A DNA stretch of 36,598 nucleotides from sequence record PP384396.1; one strand, 5' to 3'. The notes under the pieces were generated by a model. The model did not search any database. It worked only from the letters and a program-made list of their open reading frames with translations, and was not told the origin of the DNA. This document shows positions 21,503-31,284 of this stretch, in pieces (within the stretch, counting starts at the first letter, position 1; the number at the start of each line of letters is the position of its first letter). A program made the position numbers and the translations under genes. The stretch comes from Teseptimavirus T7.

Positions 21503-23887
21503 ATGGCACTCATTAGCCAATCAATCAAGAACTTGAAGGGTGGTATCAGCCAACAGCCTGACATCCTTCGTTATCCAGACCAAGGGTCACGCCAAGTTAA
21601 CGGTTGGTCTTCGGAGACCGAGGGCCTCCAAAAGCGTCCACCTCTTGTTTTCTTAAATACACTTGGAGACAACGGTGCGTTAGGTCAAGCTCCGTACATC
21701 CACCTGATTAACCGAGATGAGCACGAACAGTATTACGCTGTGTTCACTGGTAGCGGAATCCGAGTGTTCGACCTTTCTGGTAACGAGAAGCAAGTTAGGT
21801 ATCCTAACGGTTCCAACTACATCAAGACCGCTAATCCACGTAACGACCTGCGAATGGTTACTGTAGCAGACTATACGTTCATCGTTAACCGTAACGTTGT
21901 TGCACAGAAGAACACAAAGTCTGTCAACTTACCGAATTACAACCCTAATCAAGACGGATTGATTAACGTTCGTGGTGGTCAGTATGGTAGGGAACTAATT
22001 GTACACATTAACGGTAAAGACGTTGCGAAGTATAAGATACCAGATGGTAGTCAACCTGAACACGTAAACAATACGGATGCCCAATGGTTAGCTGAAGAGT
22101 TAGCCAAGCAGATGCGCACTAACTTGTCTGATTGGACTGTAAATGTAGGGCAAGGGTTCATCCATGTGACCGCACCTAGTGGTCAACAGATTGACTCCTT
22201 CACGACTAAAGATGGCTACGCAGACCAGTTGATTAACCCTGTGACCCACTACGCTCAGTCGTTCTCTAAGCTGCCACCTAATGCTCCTAACGGCTACATG
22301 GTGAAAATCGTAGGGGACGCCTCTAAGTCTGCCGACCAGTATTACGTTCGGTATGACGCTGAGCGGAAAGTTTGGACTGAGACTTTAGGTTGGAACACTG
22401 AGGACCAAGTTCTATGGGAAACCATGCCACACGCTCTTGTGCGAGCCGCTGACGGTAATTTCGACTTCAAGTGGCTTGAGTGGTCTCCTAAGTCTTGTGG
22501 TGACGTTGACACCAACCCTTGGCCTTCTTTTGTTGGTTCAAGTATTAACGATGTGTTCTTCTTCCGTAACCGCTTAGGATTCCTTAGTGGGGAGAACATC
22601 ATATTGAGTCGTACAGCCAAATACTTCAACTTCTACCCTGCGTCCATTGCGAACCTTAGTGATGACGACCCTATAGACGTAGCTGTGAGTACCAACCGAA
22701 TAGCAATCCTTAAGTACGCCGTTCCGTTCTCAGAAGAGTTACTCATCTGGTCCGATGAAGCACAATTCGTCCTGACTGCCTCGGGTACTCTCACATCTAA
22801 GTCGGTTGAGTTGAACCTAACGACCCAGTTTGACGTACAGGACCGAGCGAGACCTTTTGGGATTGGGCGTAATGTCTACTTTGCTAGTCCGAGGTCCAGC
22901 TTCACGTCCATCCACAGGTACTACGCTGTGCAGGATGTCAGTTCCGTTAAGAATGCTGAGGACATTACATCACACGTTCCTAACTACATCCCTAATGGTG
23001 TGTTCAGTATTTGCGGAAGTGGTACGGAAAACTTCTGTTCGGTACTATCTCACGGGGACCCTAGTAAAATCTTCATGTACAAATTCCTGTACCTGAACGA
23101 AGAGTTAAGGCAACAGTCGTGGTCTCATTGGGACTTTGGGGAAAACGTACAGGTTCTAGCTTGTCAGAGTATCAGCTCAGATATGTATGTGATTCTTCGC
23201 AATGAGTTCAATACGTTCCTAGCTAGAATCTCTTTCACTAAGAACGCCATTGACTTACAGGGAGAACCCTATCGTGCCTTTATGGACATGAAGATTCGAT
23301 ACACGATTCCTAGTGGAACATACAACGATGACACATTCACTACCTCTATTCATATTCCAACAATTTATGGTGCAAACTTCGGGAGGGGCAAAATCACTGT
23401 ATTGGAGCCTGATGGTAAGATAACCGTGTTTGAGCAACCTACGGCTGGGTGGAATAGCGACCCTTGGCTGAGACTCAGCGGTAACTTGGAGGGACGCATG
23501 GTGTACATTGGGTTCAACATTAACTTCGTATATGAGTTCTCTAAGTTCCTCATCAAGCAGACTGCCGACGACGGGTCTACCTCCACGGAAGACATTGGGC
23601 GCTTACAGTTACGCCGAGCGTGGGTTAACTACGAGAACTCTGGTACGTTTGACATTTATGTTGAGAACCAATCGTCTAACTGGAAGTACACAATGGCTGG
23701 TGCCCGATTAGGCTCTAACACTCTGAGGGCTGGGAGACTGAACTTAGGGACCGGACAATATCGATTCCCTGTGGTTGGTAACGCCAAGTTCAACACTGTA
23801 TACATCTTGTCAGATGAGACTACCCCTCTGAACATCATTAGGTGTGGCTGGGAAGGTAACTACTTACGGAGAAGTTCCGGTATTTAA
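21503..23887 (+). CDS. 12: Tail tubular protein B (gp12)
   Basis: 794-aa ORF MALISQSIKNLKGGISQQPDILRYPDQG. Confidence 0.95.
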   Translation: MALISQSIKNLKGGISQQPDILRYPDQGSRQVNGWSSETEGLQKRPPLVFLNTLGDNGALGQAPYIHLINRDEHEQYYAVFTGSGIRVFDLSGNEKQVRYPNGSNYIKTANPRNDLRMVTVADYTFIVNRNVVAQKNTKSVNLPNYNPNQDGLINVRGGQYGRELIVHINGKDVAKYKIPDGSQPEHVNNTDAQWLAEELAKQMRTNLSDWTVNVGQGFIHVTAPSGQQIDSFTTKDGYADQLINPVTHYAQSFSKLPPNAPNGYMVKIVGDASKSADQYYVRYDAERKVWTETLGWNTEDQVLWETMPHALVRAADGNFDFKWLEWSPKSCGDVDTNPWPSFVGSSINDVFFFRNRLGFLSGENIILSRTAKYFNFYPASIANLSDDDPIDVAVSTNRIAILKYAVPFSEELLIWSDEAQFVLTASGTLTSKSVELNLTTQFDVQDRARPFGIGRNVYFASPRSSFTSIHRYYAVQDVSSVKNAEDITSHVPNYIPNGVFSICGSGTENFCSVLSHGDPSKIFMYKFLYLNEELRQQSWSHWDFGENVQVLACQSISSDMYVILRNEFNTFLARISFTKNAIDLQGEPYRAFMDMKIRYTIPSGTYNDDTFTTSIHIPTIYGANFGRGKITVLEPDGKITVFEQPTAGWNSDPWLRLSGNLEGRMVYIGFNINFVYEFSKFLIKQTADDGSTSTEDIGRLQLRRAWVNYENSGTFDIYVENQSSNWKYTMAGARLGSNTLRAGRLNLGTGQYRFPVVGNAKFNTVYILSDETTPLNIIRCGWEGNYLRRSSGI

Positions 23888-23917
23888 TTAAATATTCTCC
23901 CTGTGGTGGCTCGAAAT

Positions 23918-23940
23918 TAATACGACTCACTATAGGGAGA
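23918..23940 (+). promoter_or_regulatory. T7 class III promoter phi13
   Basis: Perfect TAATACGACTCACTATAGGGAGA; +1 at 23935. Confidence 0.9.
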
Positions 23941-23967
23941 ACAATACGACTACGGGAGGGTTTTCTT

Positions 23968-24384
23968 ATGATGACTATAAGACCTACTAAAAGTACAGAC
24001 TTTGAGGTATTCACTCCGGCTCACCATGACATTCTTGAAGCTAAGGCTGCTGGTATTGAGCCGAGTTTCCCTGATGCTTCCGAGTGTGTCACGTTGAGCC
24101 TCTATGGGTTCCCTCTAGCTATCGGTGGTAACTGCGGGGACCAGTGCTGGTTCGTTACGAGCGACCAAGTGTGGCGACTTAGTGGAAAGGCTAAGCGAAA
24201 GTTCCGTAAGTTAATCATGGAGTATCGCGATAAGATGCTTGAGAAGTATGATACTCTTTGGAATTACGTATGGGTAGGCAATACGTCCCACATTCGTTTC
24301 CTCAAGACTATCGGTGCGGTATTCCATGAAGAGTACACACGAGATGGTCAATTTCAGTTATTTACAATCACGAAAGGAGGATAA
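23968..24384 (+). CDS. 13: Internal virion protein gp13
   Basis: 138-aa ORF MMTIRPTKSTDFEVFTPAHHDILEAKAAG. Confidence 0.9.
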   Translation: MMTIRPTKSTDFEVFTPAHHDILEAKAAGIEPSFPDASECVTLSLYGFPLAIGGNCGDQCWFVTSDQVWRLSGKAKRKFRKLIMEYRDKMLEKYDTLWNYVWVGNTSHIRFLKTIGAVFHEEYTRDGQFQLFTITKGG

Positions 24385-24388
24385 CCAT

Positions 24389-24979
24389 ATGTGTTGGGCA
24401 GCCGCAATACCTATCGCTATATCTGGCGCTCAGGCTATCAGTGGTCAGAACGCTCAGGCCAAAATGATTGCCGCTCAGACCGCTGCTGGTCGTCGTCAAG
24501 CTATGGAAATCATGAGGCAGACGAACATCCAGAATGCTGACCTATCGTTGCAAGCTCGAAGTAAACTTGAGGAAGCGTCCGCCGAGTTGACCTCACAGAA
24601 CATGCAGAAGGTCCAAGCTATTGGGTCTATCCGAGCGGCTATCGGAGAGAGTATGCTTGAAGGTTCCTCAATGGACCGCATTAAGCGAGTCACAGAAGGA
24701 CAGTTCATTCGGGAAGCCAATATGGTAACTGAGAACTATCGCCGTGACTACCAAGCAATCTTCGCACAGCAACTTGGTGGTACTCAAAGTGCTGCAAGTC
24801 AGATTGACGAAATCTATAAGAGCGAACAGAAACAGAAGAGTAAGCTACAGATGGTTCTGGACCCACTGGCTATCATGGGGTCTTCCGCTGCGAGTGCTTA
24901 CGCATCCGGTGCGTTCGACTCTAAGTCCACAACTAAGGCACCTATTGTTGCCGCTAAAGGAACCAAGACGGGGAGGTAA
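24389..24979 (+). CDS. 14: Internal core protein gp14
   Basis: 196-aa product from ATG 24389 (MCWAAAIPIAISGAQAISGQ); SD AAGGAGG. Confidence 0.9.
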   Translation: MCWAAAIPIAISGAQAISGQNAQAKMIAAQTAAGRRQAMEIMRQTNIQNADLSLQARSKLEEASAELTSQNMQKVQAIGSIRAAIGESMLEGSSMDRIKRVTEGQFIREANMVTENYRRDYQAIFAQQLGGTQSAASQIDEIYKSEQKQKSKLQMVLDPLAIMGSSAASAYASGAFDSKSTTKAPIVAAKGTKTGR

Positions 24980-24985
24980 TGAGCT

Positions 24986-27229
24986 ATGAGTAAAATTGAA
25001 TCTGCCCTTCAAGCGGCACAACCGGGACTCTCTCGGTTACGTGGTGGTGCTGGAGGTATGGGCTATCGTGCAGCAACCACTCAGGCCGAACAGCCAAGGT
25101 CAAGCCTATTGGACACCATTGGTCGGTTCGCTAAGGCTGGTGCCGATATGTATACCGCTAAGGAACAACGAGCACGAGACCTAGCTGATGAACGCTCTAA
25201 CGAGATTATCCGTAAGCTGACCCCTGAGCAACGTCGAGAAGCTCTCAACAACGGGACCCTTCTGTATCAGGATGACCCATACGCTATGGAAGCACTCCGA
25301 GTCAAGACTGGTCGTAACGCTGCGTATCTTGTGGACGATGACGTTATGCAGAAGATAAAAGAGGGTGTCTTCCGTACTCGCGAAGAGATGGAAGAGTATC
25401 GCCATAGTCGCCTTCAAGAGGGCGCTAAGGTATACGCTGAGCAGTTCGGCATCGACCCTGAGGACGTTGATTATCAGCGTGGTTTCAACGGGGACATTAC
25501 CGAGCGTAACATCTCGCTGTATGGTGCGCATGATAACTTCTTGAGCCAGCAAGCTCAGAAGGGCGCTATCATGAACAGCCGAGTGGAACTCAACGGTGTC
25601 CTTCAAGACCCTGATATGCTGCGTCGTCCAGACTCTGCTGACTTCTTTGAGAAGTATATCGACAACGGTCTGGTTACTGGCGCAATCCCATCTGATGCTC
25701 AAGCCACACAGCTTATAAGCCAAGCGTTCAGTGACGCTTCTAGCCGTGCTGGTGGTGCTGACTTCCTGATGCGAGTCGGTGACAAGAAGGTAACACTTAA
25801 CGGAGCCACTACGACTTACCGAGAGTTGATTGGTGAGGAACAGTGGAACGCTCTCATGGTCACAGCACAACGTTCTCAGTTTGAGACTGACGCGAAGCTG
25901 AACGAGCAGTATCGCTTGAAGATTAACTCTGCGCTGAACCAAGAGGACCCAAGGACAGCTTGGGAGATGCTTCAAGGTATCAAGGCTGAACTAGATAAGG
26001 TCCAACCTGATGAGCAGATGACACCACAACGTGAGTGGCTAATCTCCGCACAGGAACAAGTTCAGAATCAGATGAACGCATGGACGAAAGCTCAGGCCAA
26101 GGCTCTGGACGATTCCATGAAGTCAATGAACAAACTTGACGTAATCGACAAGCAATTCCAGAAGCGAATCAACGGTGAGTGGGTCTCAACGGATTTTAAG
26201 GATATGCCAGTCAACGAGAACACTGGTGAGTTCAAGCATAGCGATATGGTTAACTACGCCAATAAGAAGCTCGCTGAGATTGACAGTATGGACATTCCAG
26301 ACGGTGCCAAGGATGCTATGAAGTTGAAGTACCTTCAAGCGGACTCTAAGGACGGAGCATTCCGTACAGCCATCGGAACCATGGTCACTGACGCTGGTCA
26401 AGAGTGGTCTGCCGCTGTGATTAACGGTAAGTTACCAGAACGAACCCCAGCTATGGATGCTCTGCGCAGAATCCGCAATGCTGACCCTCAGTTGATTGCT
26501 GCGCTATACCCAGACCAAGCTGAGCTATTCCTGACGATGGACATGATGGACAAGCAGGGTATTGACCCTCAGGTTATTCTTGATGCCGACCGACTGACTG
26601 TTAAGCGGTCCAAAGAGCAACGCTTTGAGGATGATAAAGCATTCGAGTCTGCACTGAATGCATCTAAGGCTCCTGAGATTGCCCGTATGCCAGCGTCACT
26701 GCGCGAATCTGCACGTAAGATTTATGACTCCGTTAAGTATCGCTCGGGGAACGAAAGCATGGCTATGGAGCAGATGACCAAGTTCCTTAAGGAATCTACC
26801 TACACGTTCACTGGTGATGATGTTGACGGTGATACCGTTGGTGTGATTCCTAAGAATATGATGCAGGTTAACTCTGACCCGAAATCATGGGAGCAAGGTC
26901 GGGATATTCTGGAGGAAGCACGTAAGGGAATCATTGCGAGCAACCCTTGGATAACCAATAAGCAACTGACCATGTATTCTCAAGGTGACTCCATTTACCT
27001 TATGGACACCACAGGTCAAGTCAGAGTCCGATACGACAAAGAGTTACTCTCGAAGGTCTGGAGTGAGAACCAGAAGAAACTCGAAGAGAAAGCTCGTGAG
27101 AAGGCTCTGGCTGATGTGAACAAGCGAGCACCTATAGTTGCCGCTACGAAGGCCCGTGAAGCTGCTGCTAAACGAGTCCGAGAGAAACGTAAACAGACTC
27201 CTAAGTTCATCTACGGACGTAAGGAGTAA
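24986..27229 (+). CDS. 15: Internal core protein gp15
   Basis: 747-aa ORF MSKIESALQAAQPGLSRLRGGAGGMGYRAATTQAEQ. Confidence 0.95.
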   Translation: MSKIESALQAAQPGLSRLRGGAGGMGYRAATTQAEQPRSSLLDTIGRFAKAGADMYTAKEQRARDLADERSNEIIRKLTPEQRREALNNGTLLYQDDPYAMEALRVKTGRNAAYLVDDDVMQKIKEGVFRTREEMEEYRHSRLQEGAKVYAEQFGIDPEDVDYQRGFNGDITERNISLYGAHDNFLSQQAQKGAIMNSRVELNGVLQDPDMLRRPDSADFFEKYIDNGLVTGAIPSDAQATQLISQAFSDASSRAGGADFLMRVGDKKVTLNGATTTYRELIGEEQWNALMVTAQRSQFETDAKLNEQYRLKINSALNQEDPRTAWEMLQGIKAELDKVQPDEQMTPQREWLISAQEQVQNQMNAWTKAQAKALDDSMKSMNKLDVIDKQFQKRINGEWVSTDFKDMPVNENTGEFKHSDMVNYANKKLAEIDSMDIPDGAKDAMKLKYLQADSKDGAFRTAIGTMVTDAGQEWSAAVINGKLPERTPAMDALRRIRNADPQLIAALYPDQAELFLTMDMMDKQGIDPQVILDADRLTVKRSKEQRFEDDKAFESALNASKAPEIARMPASLRESARKIYDSVKYRSGNESMAMEQMTKFLKESTYTFTGDDVDGDTVGVIPKNMMQVNSDPKSWEQGRDILEEARKGIIASNPWITNKQLTMYSQGDSIYLMDTTGQVRVRYDKELLSKVWSENQKKLEEKAREKALADVNKRAPIVAATKAREAAAKRVREKRKQTPKFIYGRKE

Positions 27230-27255
27230 CTAAAGGCTACATAAGGAGGCCCTAA

Positions 27256-30200
27256 ATGGATAAGTACGATAAGAACGTACCAAGTGATTATGATGGTCTG
27301 TTCCAAAAGGCTGCTGATGCCAACGGGGTCTCTTATGACCTTTTACGTAAAGTCGCTTGGACAGAATCACGATTTGTGCCTACAGCAAAATCTAAGACTG
27401 GACCATTAGGCATGATGCAATTTACCAAGGCAACCGCTAAGGCCCTCGGTCTGCGAGTTACCGATGGTCCAGACGACGACCGACTGAACCCTGAGTTAGC
27501 TATTAATGCTGCCGCTAAGCAACTTGCAGGTCTGGTAGGGAAGTTTGATGGCGATGAACTCAAAGCTGCCCTTGCGTACAACCAAGGCGAGGGACGCTTG
27601 GGTAATCCACAACTTGAGGCGTACTCTAAGGGAGACTTCGCATCAATCTCTGAGGAGGGACGTAACTACATGCGTAACCTTCTGGATGTTGCTAAGTCAC
27701 CTATGGCTGGACAGTTGGAAACTTTTGGTGGCATAACCCCAAAGGGTAAAGGCATTCCGGCTGAGGTAGGATTGGCTGGAATTGGTCACAAGCAGAAAGT
27801 AACACAGGAACTTCCTGAGTCCACAAGTTTTGACGTTAAGGGTATCGAACAGGAGGCTACGGCGAAACCATTCGCCAAGGACTTTTGGGAGACCCACGGA
27901 GAAACACTTGACGAGTACAACAGTCGTTCAACCTTCTTCGGATTCAAAAATGCTGCCGAAGCTGAACTCTCCAACTCAGTCGCTGGGATGGCTTTCCGTG
28001 CTGGTCGTCTCGATAATGGTTTTGATGTGTTTAAAGACACCATTACGCCGACTCGCTGGAACTCTCACATCTGGACTCCAGAGGAGTTAGAGAAGATTCG
28101 AACAGAGGTTAAGAACCCTGCGTACATCAACGTTGTAACTGGTGGTTCCCCTGAGAACCTCGATGACCTCATTAAATTGGCTAACGAGAACTTTGAGAAT
28201 GACTCCCGCGCTGCCGAGGCTGGCCTAGGTGCCAAACTGAGTGCTGGTATTATTGGTGCTGGTGTGGACCCGCTTAGCTATGTTCCTATGGTCGGTGTCA
28301 CTGGTAAGGGCTTTAAGTTAATCAATAAGGCTCTTGTAGTTGGTGCCGAAAGTGCTGCTCTGAACGTTGCATCCGAAGGTCTCCGTACCTCCGTAGCTGG
28401 TGGTGACGCAGACTATGCGGGTGCTGCCTTAGGTGGCTTTGTGTTTGGCGCAGGCATGTCTGCAATCAGTGACGCTGTAGCTGCTGGACTGAAACGCAGT
28501 AAACCAGAAGCTGAGTTCGACAATGAGTTCATCGGTCCTATGATGCGATTGGAAGCCCGTGAGACAGCACGAAACGCCAACTCTGCGGACCTCTCTCGGA
28601 TGAACACTGAGAACATGAAGTTTGAAGGTGAACATAATGGTGTCCCTTATGAGGACTTACCAACAGAGAGAGGTGCCGTGGTGTTACATGATGGCTCCGT
28701 TCTAAGTGCAAGCAACCCAATCAACCCTAAGACTCTAAAAGAGTTCTCCGAGGTTGACCCTGAGAAGGCTGCGCGAGGAATCAAACTGGCTGGGTTCACC
28801 GAGATTGGCTTGAAGACCTTGGGGTCTGACGATGCTGACATCCGTAGAGTGGCTATCGACCTCGTTCGCTCTCCTACTGGTATGCAGTCTGGTGCCTCAG
28901 GTAAGTTCGGTGCAACAGCTTCTGACATCCATGAGAGACTTCATGGTACTGACCAGCGTACTTATAATGACTTGTACAAAGCAATGTCTGACGCTATGAA
29001 AGACCCTGAGTTCTCTACTGGCGGCGCTAAGATGTCCCGTGAAGAAACTCGATACACTATCTACCGTAGAGCGGCACTAGCTATTGAGCGTCCAGAACTA
29101 CAGAAGGCACTCACTCCGTCTGAGAGAATCGTTATGGACATCATTAAGCGTCACTTTGACACCAAGCGTGAACTTATGGAAAACCCAGCAATATTCGGTA
29201 ACACAAAGGCTGTGAGTATCTTCCCTGAGAGTCGCCACAAAGGTACTTACGTTCCTCACGTATATGACCGTCATGCCAAGGCGCTGATGATTCAACGCTA
29301 CGGTGCCGAAGGTTTGCAGGAAGGGATTGCCCGCTCATGGATGAACAGCTACGTCTCCAGACCTGAGGTCAAGGCCAGAGTCGATGAGATGCTTAAGGAA
29401 TTACACGGGGTGAAGGAAGTAACACCAGAGATGGTAGAGAAGTACGCTATGGATAAGGCTTATGGTATCTCCCACTCAGACCAGTTCACCAACAGTTCCA
29501 TAATAGAAGAGAACATTGAGGGCTTAGTAGGTATCGAGAATAACTCATTCCTTGAGGCACGTAACTTGTTTGATTCGGACCTATCCATCACTATGCCAGA
29601 CGGACAGCAATTCTCAGTGAATGACCTAAGGGACTTCGATATGTTCCGCATCATGCCAGCGTATGACCGCCGTGTCAATGGTGACATCGCCATCATGGGG
29701 TCTACTGGTAAAACCACTAAGGAACTTAAGGATGAGATTTTGGCTCTCAAAGCGAAAGCTGAGGGAGACGGTAAGAAGACTGGCGAGGTACATGCTTTAA
29801 TGGATACCGTTAAGATTCTTACTGGTCGTGCTAGACGCAATCAGGACACTGTGTGGGAAACCTCACTGCGTGCCATCAATGACCTAGGGTTCTTCGCTAA
29901 GAACGCCTACATGGGTGCTCAGAACATTACGGAGATTGCTGGGATGATTGTCACTGGTAACGTTCGTGCTCTAGGGCATGGTATCCCAATTCTGCGTGAT
30001 ACACTCTACAAGTCTAAACCAGTTTCAGCTAAGGAACTCAAGGAACTCCATGCGTCTCTGTTCGGGAAGGAGGTGGACCAGTTGATTCGGCCTAAACGTG
30101 CTGACATTGTGCAGCGCCTAAGGGAAGCAACTGATACCGGACCTGCCGTGGCGAACATCGTAGGGACCTTGAAGTATTCAACACAGGAACTGGCTGCTCG

Positions 30201-31212
30201 CTCTCCGTGGACTAAGCTACTGAACGGAACCACTAACTACCTTCTGGATGCTGCGCGTCAAGGTATGCTTGGGGATGTTATTAGTGCCACCCTAACAGGT
30301 AAGACTACCCGCTGGGAGAAAGAAGGCTTCCTTCGTGGTGCCTCCGTAACTCCTGAGCAGATGGCTGGCATCAAGTCTCTCATCAAGGAACATATGGTAC
30401 GCGGTGAGGACGGGAAGTTTACCGTTAAGGACAAGCAAGCGTTCTCTATGGACCCACGGGCTATGGACTTATGGAGACTGGCTGACAAGGTAGCTGATGA
30501 GGCAATGCTGCGTCCACATAAGGTGTCCTTACAGGATTCCCATGCGTTCGGAGCACTAGGTAAGATGGTTATGCAGTTTAAGTCTTTCACTATCAAGTCC
30601 CTTAACTCTAAGTTCCTGCGAACCTTCTATGATGGATACAAGAACAACCGAGCGATTGACGCTGCGCTGAGCATCATCACCTCTATGGGTCTCGCTGGTG
30701 GTTTCTATGCTATGGCTGCACACGTCAAAGCATACGCTCTGCCTAAGGAGAAACGTAAGGAGTACTTGGAGCGTGCACTGGACCCAACCATGATTGCCCA
30801 CGCTGCGTTATCTCGTAGTTCTCAATTGGGTGCTCCTTTGGCTATGGTTGACCTAGTTGGTGGTGTTTTAGGGTTCGAGTCCTCCAAGATGGCTCGCTCT
30901 ACGATTCTACCTAAGGACACCGTGAAGGAACGTGACCCAAACAAACCGTACACCTCTAGAGAGGTAATGGGCGCTATGGGTTCAAACCTTCTGGAACAGA
31001 TGCCTTCGGCTGGCTTTGTGGCTAACGTAGGGGCTACCTTAATGAATGCTGCTGGCGTGGTCAACTCACCTAATAAAGCAACCGAGCAGGACTTCATGAC
31101 TGGTCTTATGAACTCCACAAAAGAGTTAGTACCGAACGACCCATTGACTCAACAGCTTGTGTTGAAGATTTATGAGGCGAACGGTGTTAACTTGAGGGAG
31201 CGTAGGAAATAA
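27256..31212 (+). CDS. 16: Internal core protein gp16 with N-terminal lytic transglycosylase domain
   Basis: 1318-aa ORF; N-terminus has SLT-like motifs (TESRFVPTAKSKTGPLGMMQFTKATAKALG ... ALAYNQGEG). Confidence 0.95.
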   Translation: MDKYDKNVPSDYDGLFQKAADANGVSYDLLRKVAWTESRFVPTAKSKTGPLGMMQFTKATAKALGLRVTDGPDDDRLNPELAINAAAKQLAGLVGKFDGDELKAALAYNQGEGRLGNPQLEAYSKGDFASISEEGRNYMRNLLDVAKSPMAGQLETFGGITPKGKGIPAEVGLAGIGHKQKVTQELPESTSFDVKGIEQEATAKPFAKDFWETHGETLDEYNSRSTFFGFKNAAEAELSNSVAGMAFRAGRLDNGFDVFKDTITPTRWNSHIWTPEELEKIRTEVKNPAYINVVTGGSPENLDDLIKLANENFENDSRAAEAGLGAKLSAGIIGAGVDPLSYVPMVGVTGKGFKLINKALVVGAESAALNVASEGLRTSVAGGDADYAGAALGGFVFGAGMSAISDAVAAGLKRSKPEAEFDNEFIGPMMRLEARETARNANSADLSRMNTENMKFEGEHNGVPYEDLPTERGAVVLHDGSVLSASNPINPKTLKEFSEVDPEKAARGIKLAGFTEIGLKTLGSDDADIRRVAIDLVRSPTGMQSGASGKFGATASDIHERLHGTDQRTYNDLYKAMSDAMKDPEFSTGGAKMSREETRYTIYRRAALAIERPELQKALTPSERIVMDIIKRHFDTKRELMENPAIFGNTKAVSIFPESRHKGTYVPHVYDRHAKALMIQRYGAEGLQEGIARSWMNSYVSRPEVKARVDEMLKELHGVKEVTPEMVEKYAMDKAYGISHSDQFTNSSIIEENIEGLVGIENNSFLEARNLFDSDLSITMPDGQQFSVNDLRDFDMFRIMPAYDRRVNGDIAIMGSTGKTTKELKDEILALKAKAEGDGKKTGEVHALMDTVKILTGRARRNQDTVWETSLRAINDLGFFAKNAYMGAQNITEIAGMIVTGNVRALGHGIPILRDTLYKSKPVSAKELKELHASLFGKEVDQLIRPKRADIVQRLREATDTGPAVANIVGTLKYSTQELAARSPWTKLLNGTTNYLLDAARQGMLGDVISATLTGKTTRWEKEGFLRGASVTPEQMAGIKSLIKEHMVRGEDGKFTVKDKQAFSMDPRAMDLWRLADKVADEAMLRPHKVSLQDSHAFGALGKMVMQFKSFTIKSLNSKFLRTFYDGYKNNRAIDAALSIITSMGLAGGFYAMAAHVKAYALPKEKRKEYLERALDPTMIAHAALSRSSQLGAPLAMVDLVGGVLGFESSKMARSTILPKDTVKERDPNKPYTSREVMGAMGSNLLEQMPSAGFVANVGATLMNAAGVVNSPNKATEQDFMTGLMNSTKELVPNDPLTQQLVLKIYEANGVNLRERRK

Positions 31213-31232
31213 TACGACTCACTATAGGGAGA
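31210..31232 (+). promoter_or_regulatory. T7 class III promoter phi17
   Basis: TAATACGACTCACTATAGGGAGA overlapping the gene 16 stop; +1 at 31227. Confidence 0.9.
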
Positions 31233-31284
31233 GGCGAAATAATCTTCTCCCTGTAGTCTCTTAGATTTACTTTAAGGAGGTCAA

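Noticed and set aside
25181-25975. 264-aa minus-strand ORF inside gene 15; similar long antisense ORFs at 19311..19892 (gene 10A), 11069..11602 (gene 5), 31789..32289 (gene 17) and 6616..7098 (2.5/2.8)
   Set aside because: All lie antisense within well-supported + strand genes; T7 is transcribed strictly left to right and none has a promoter or Shine-Dalgarno.
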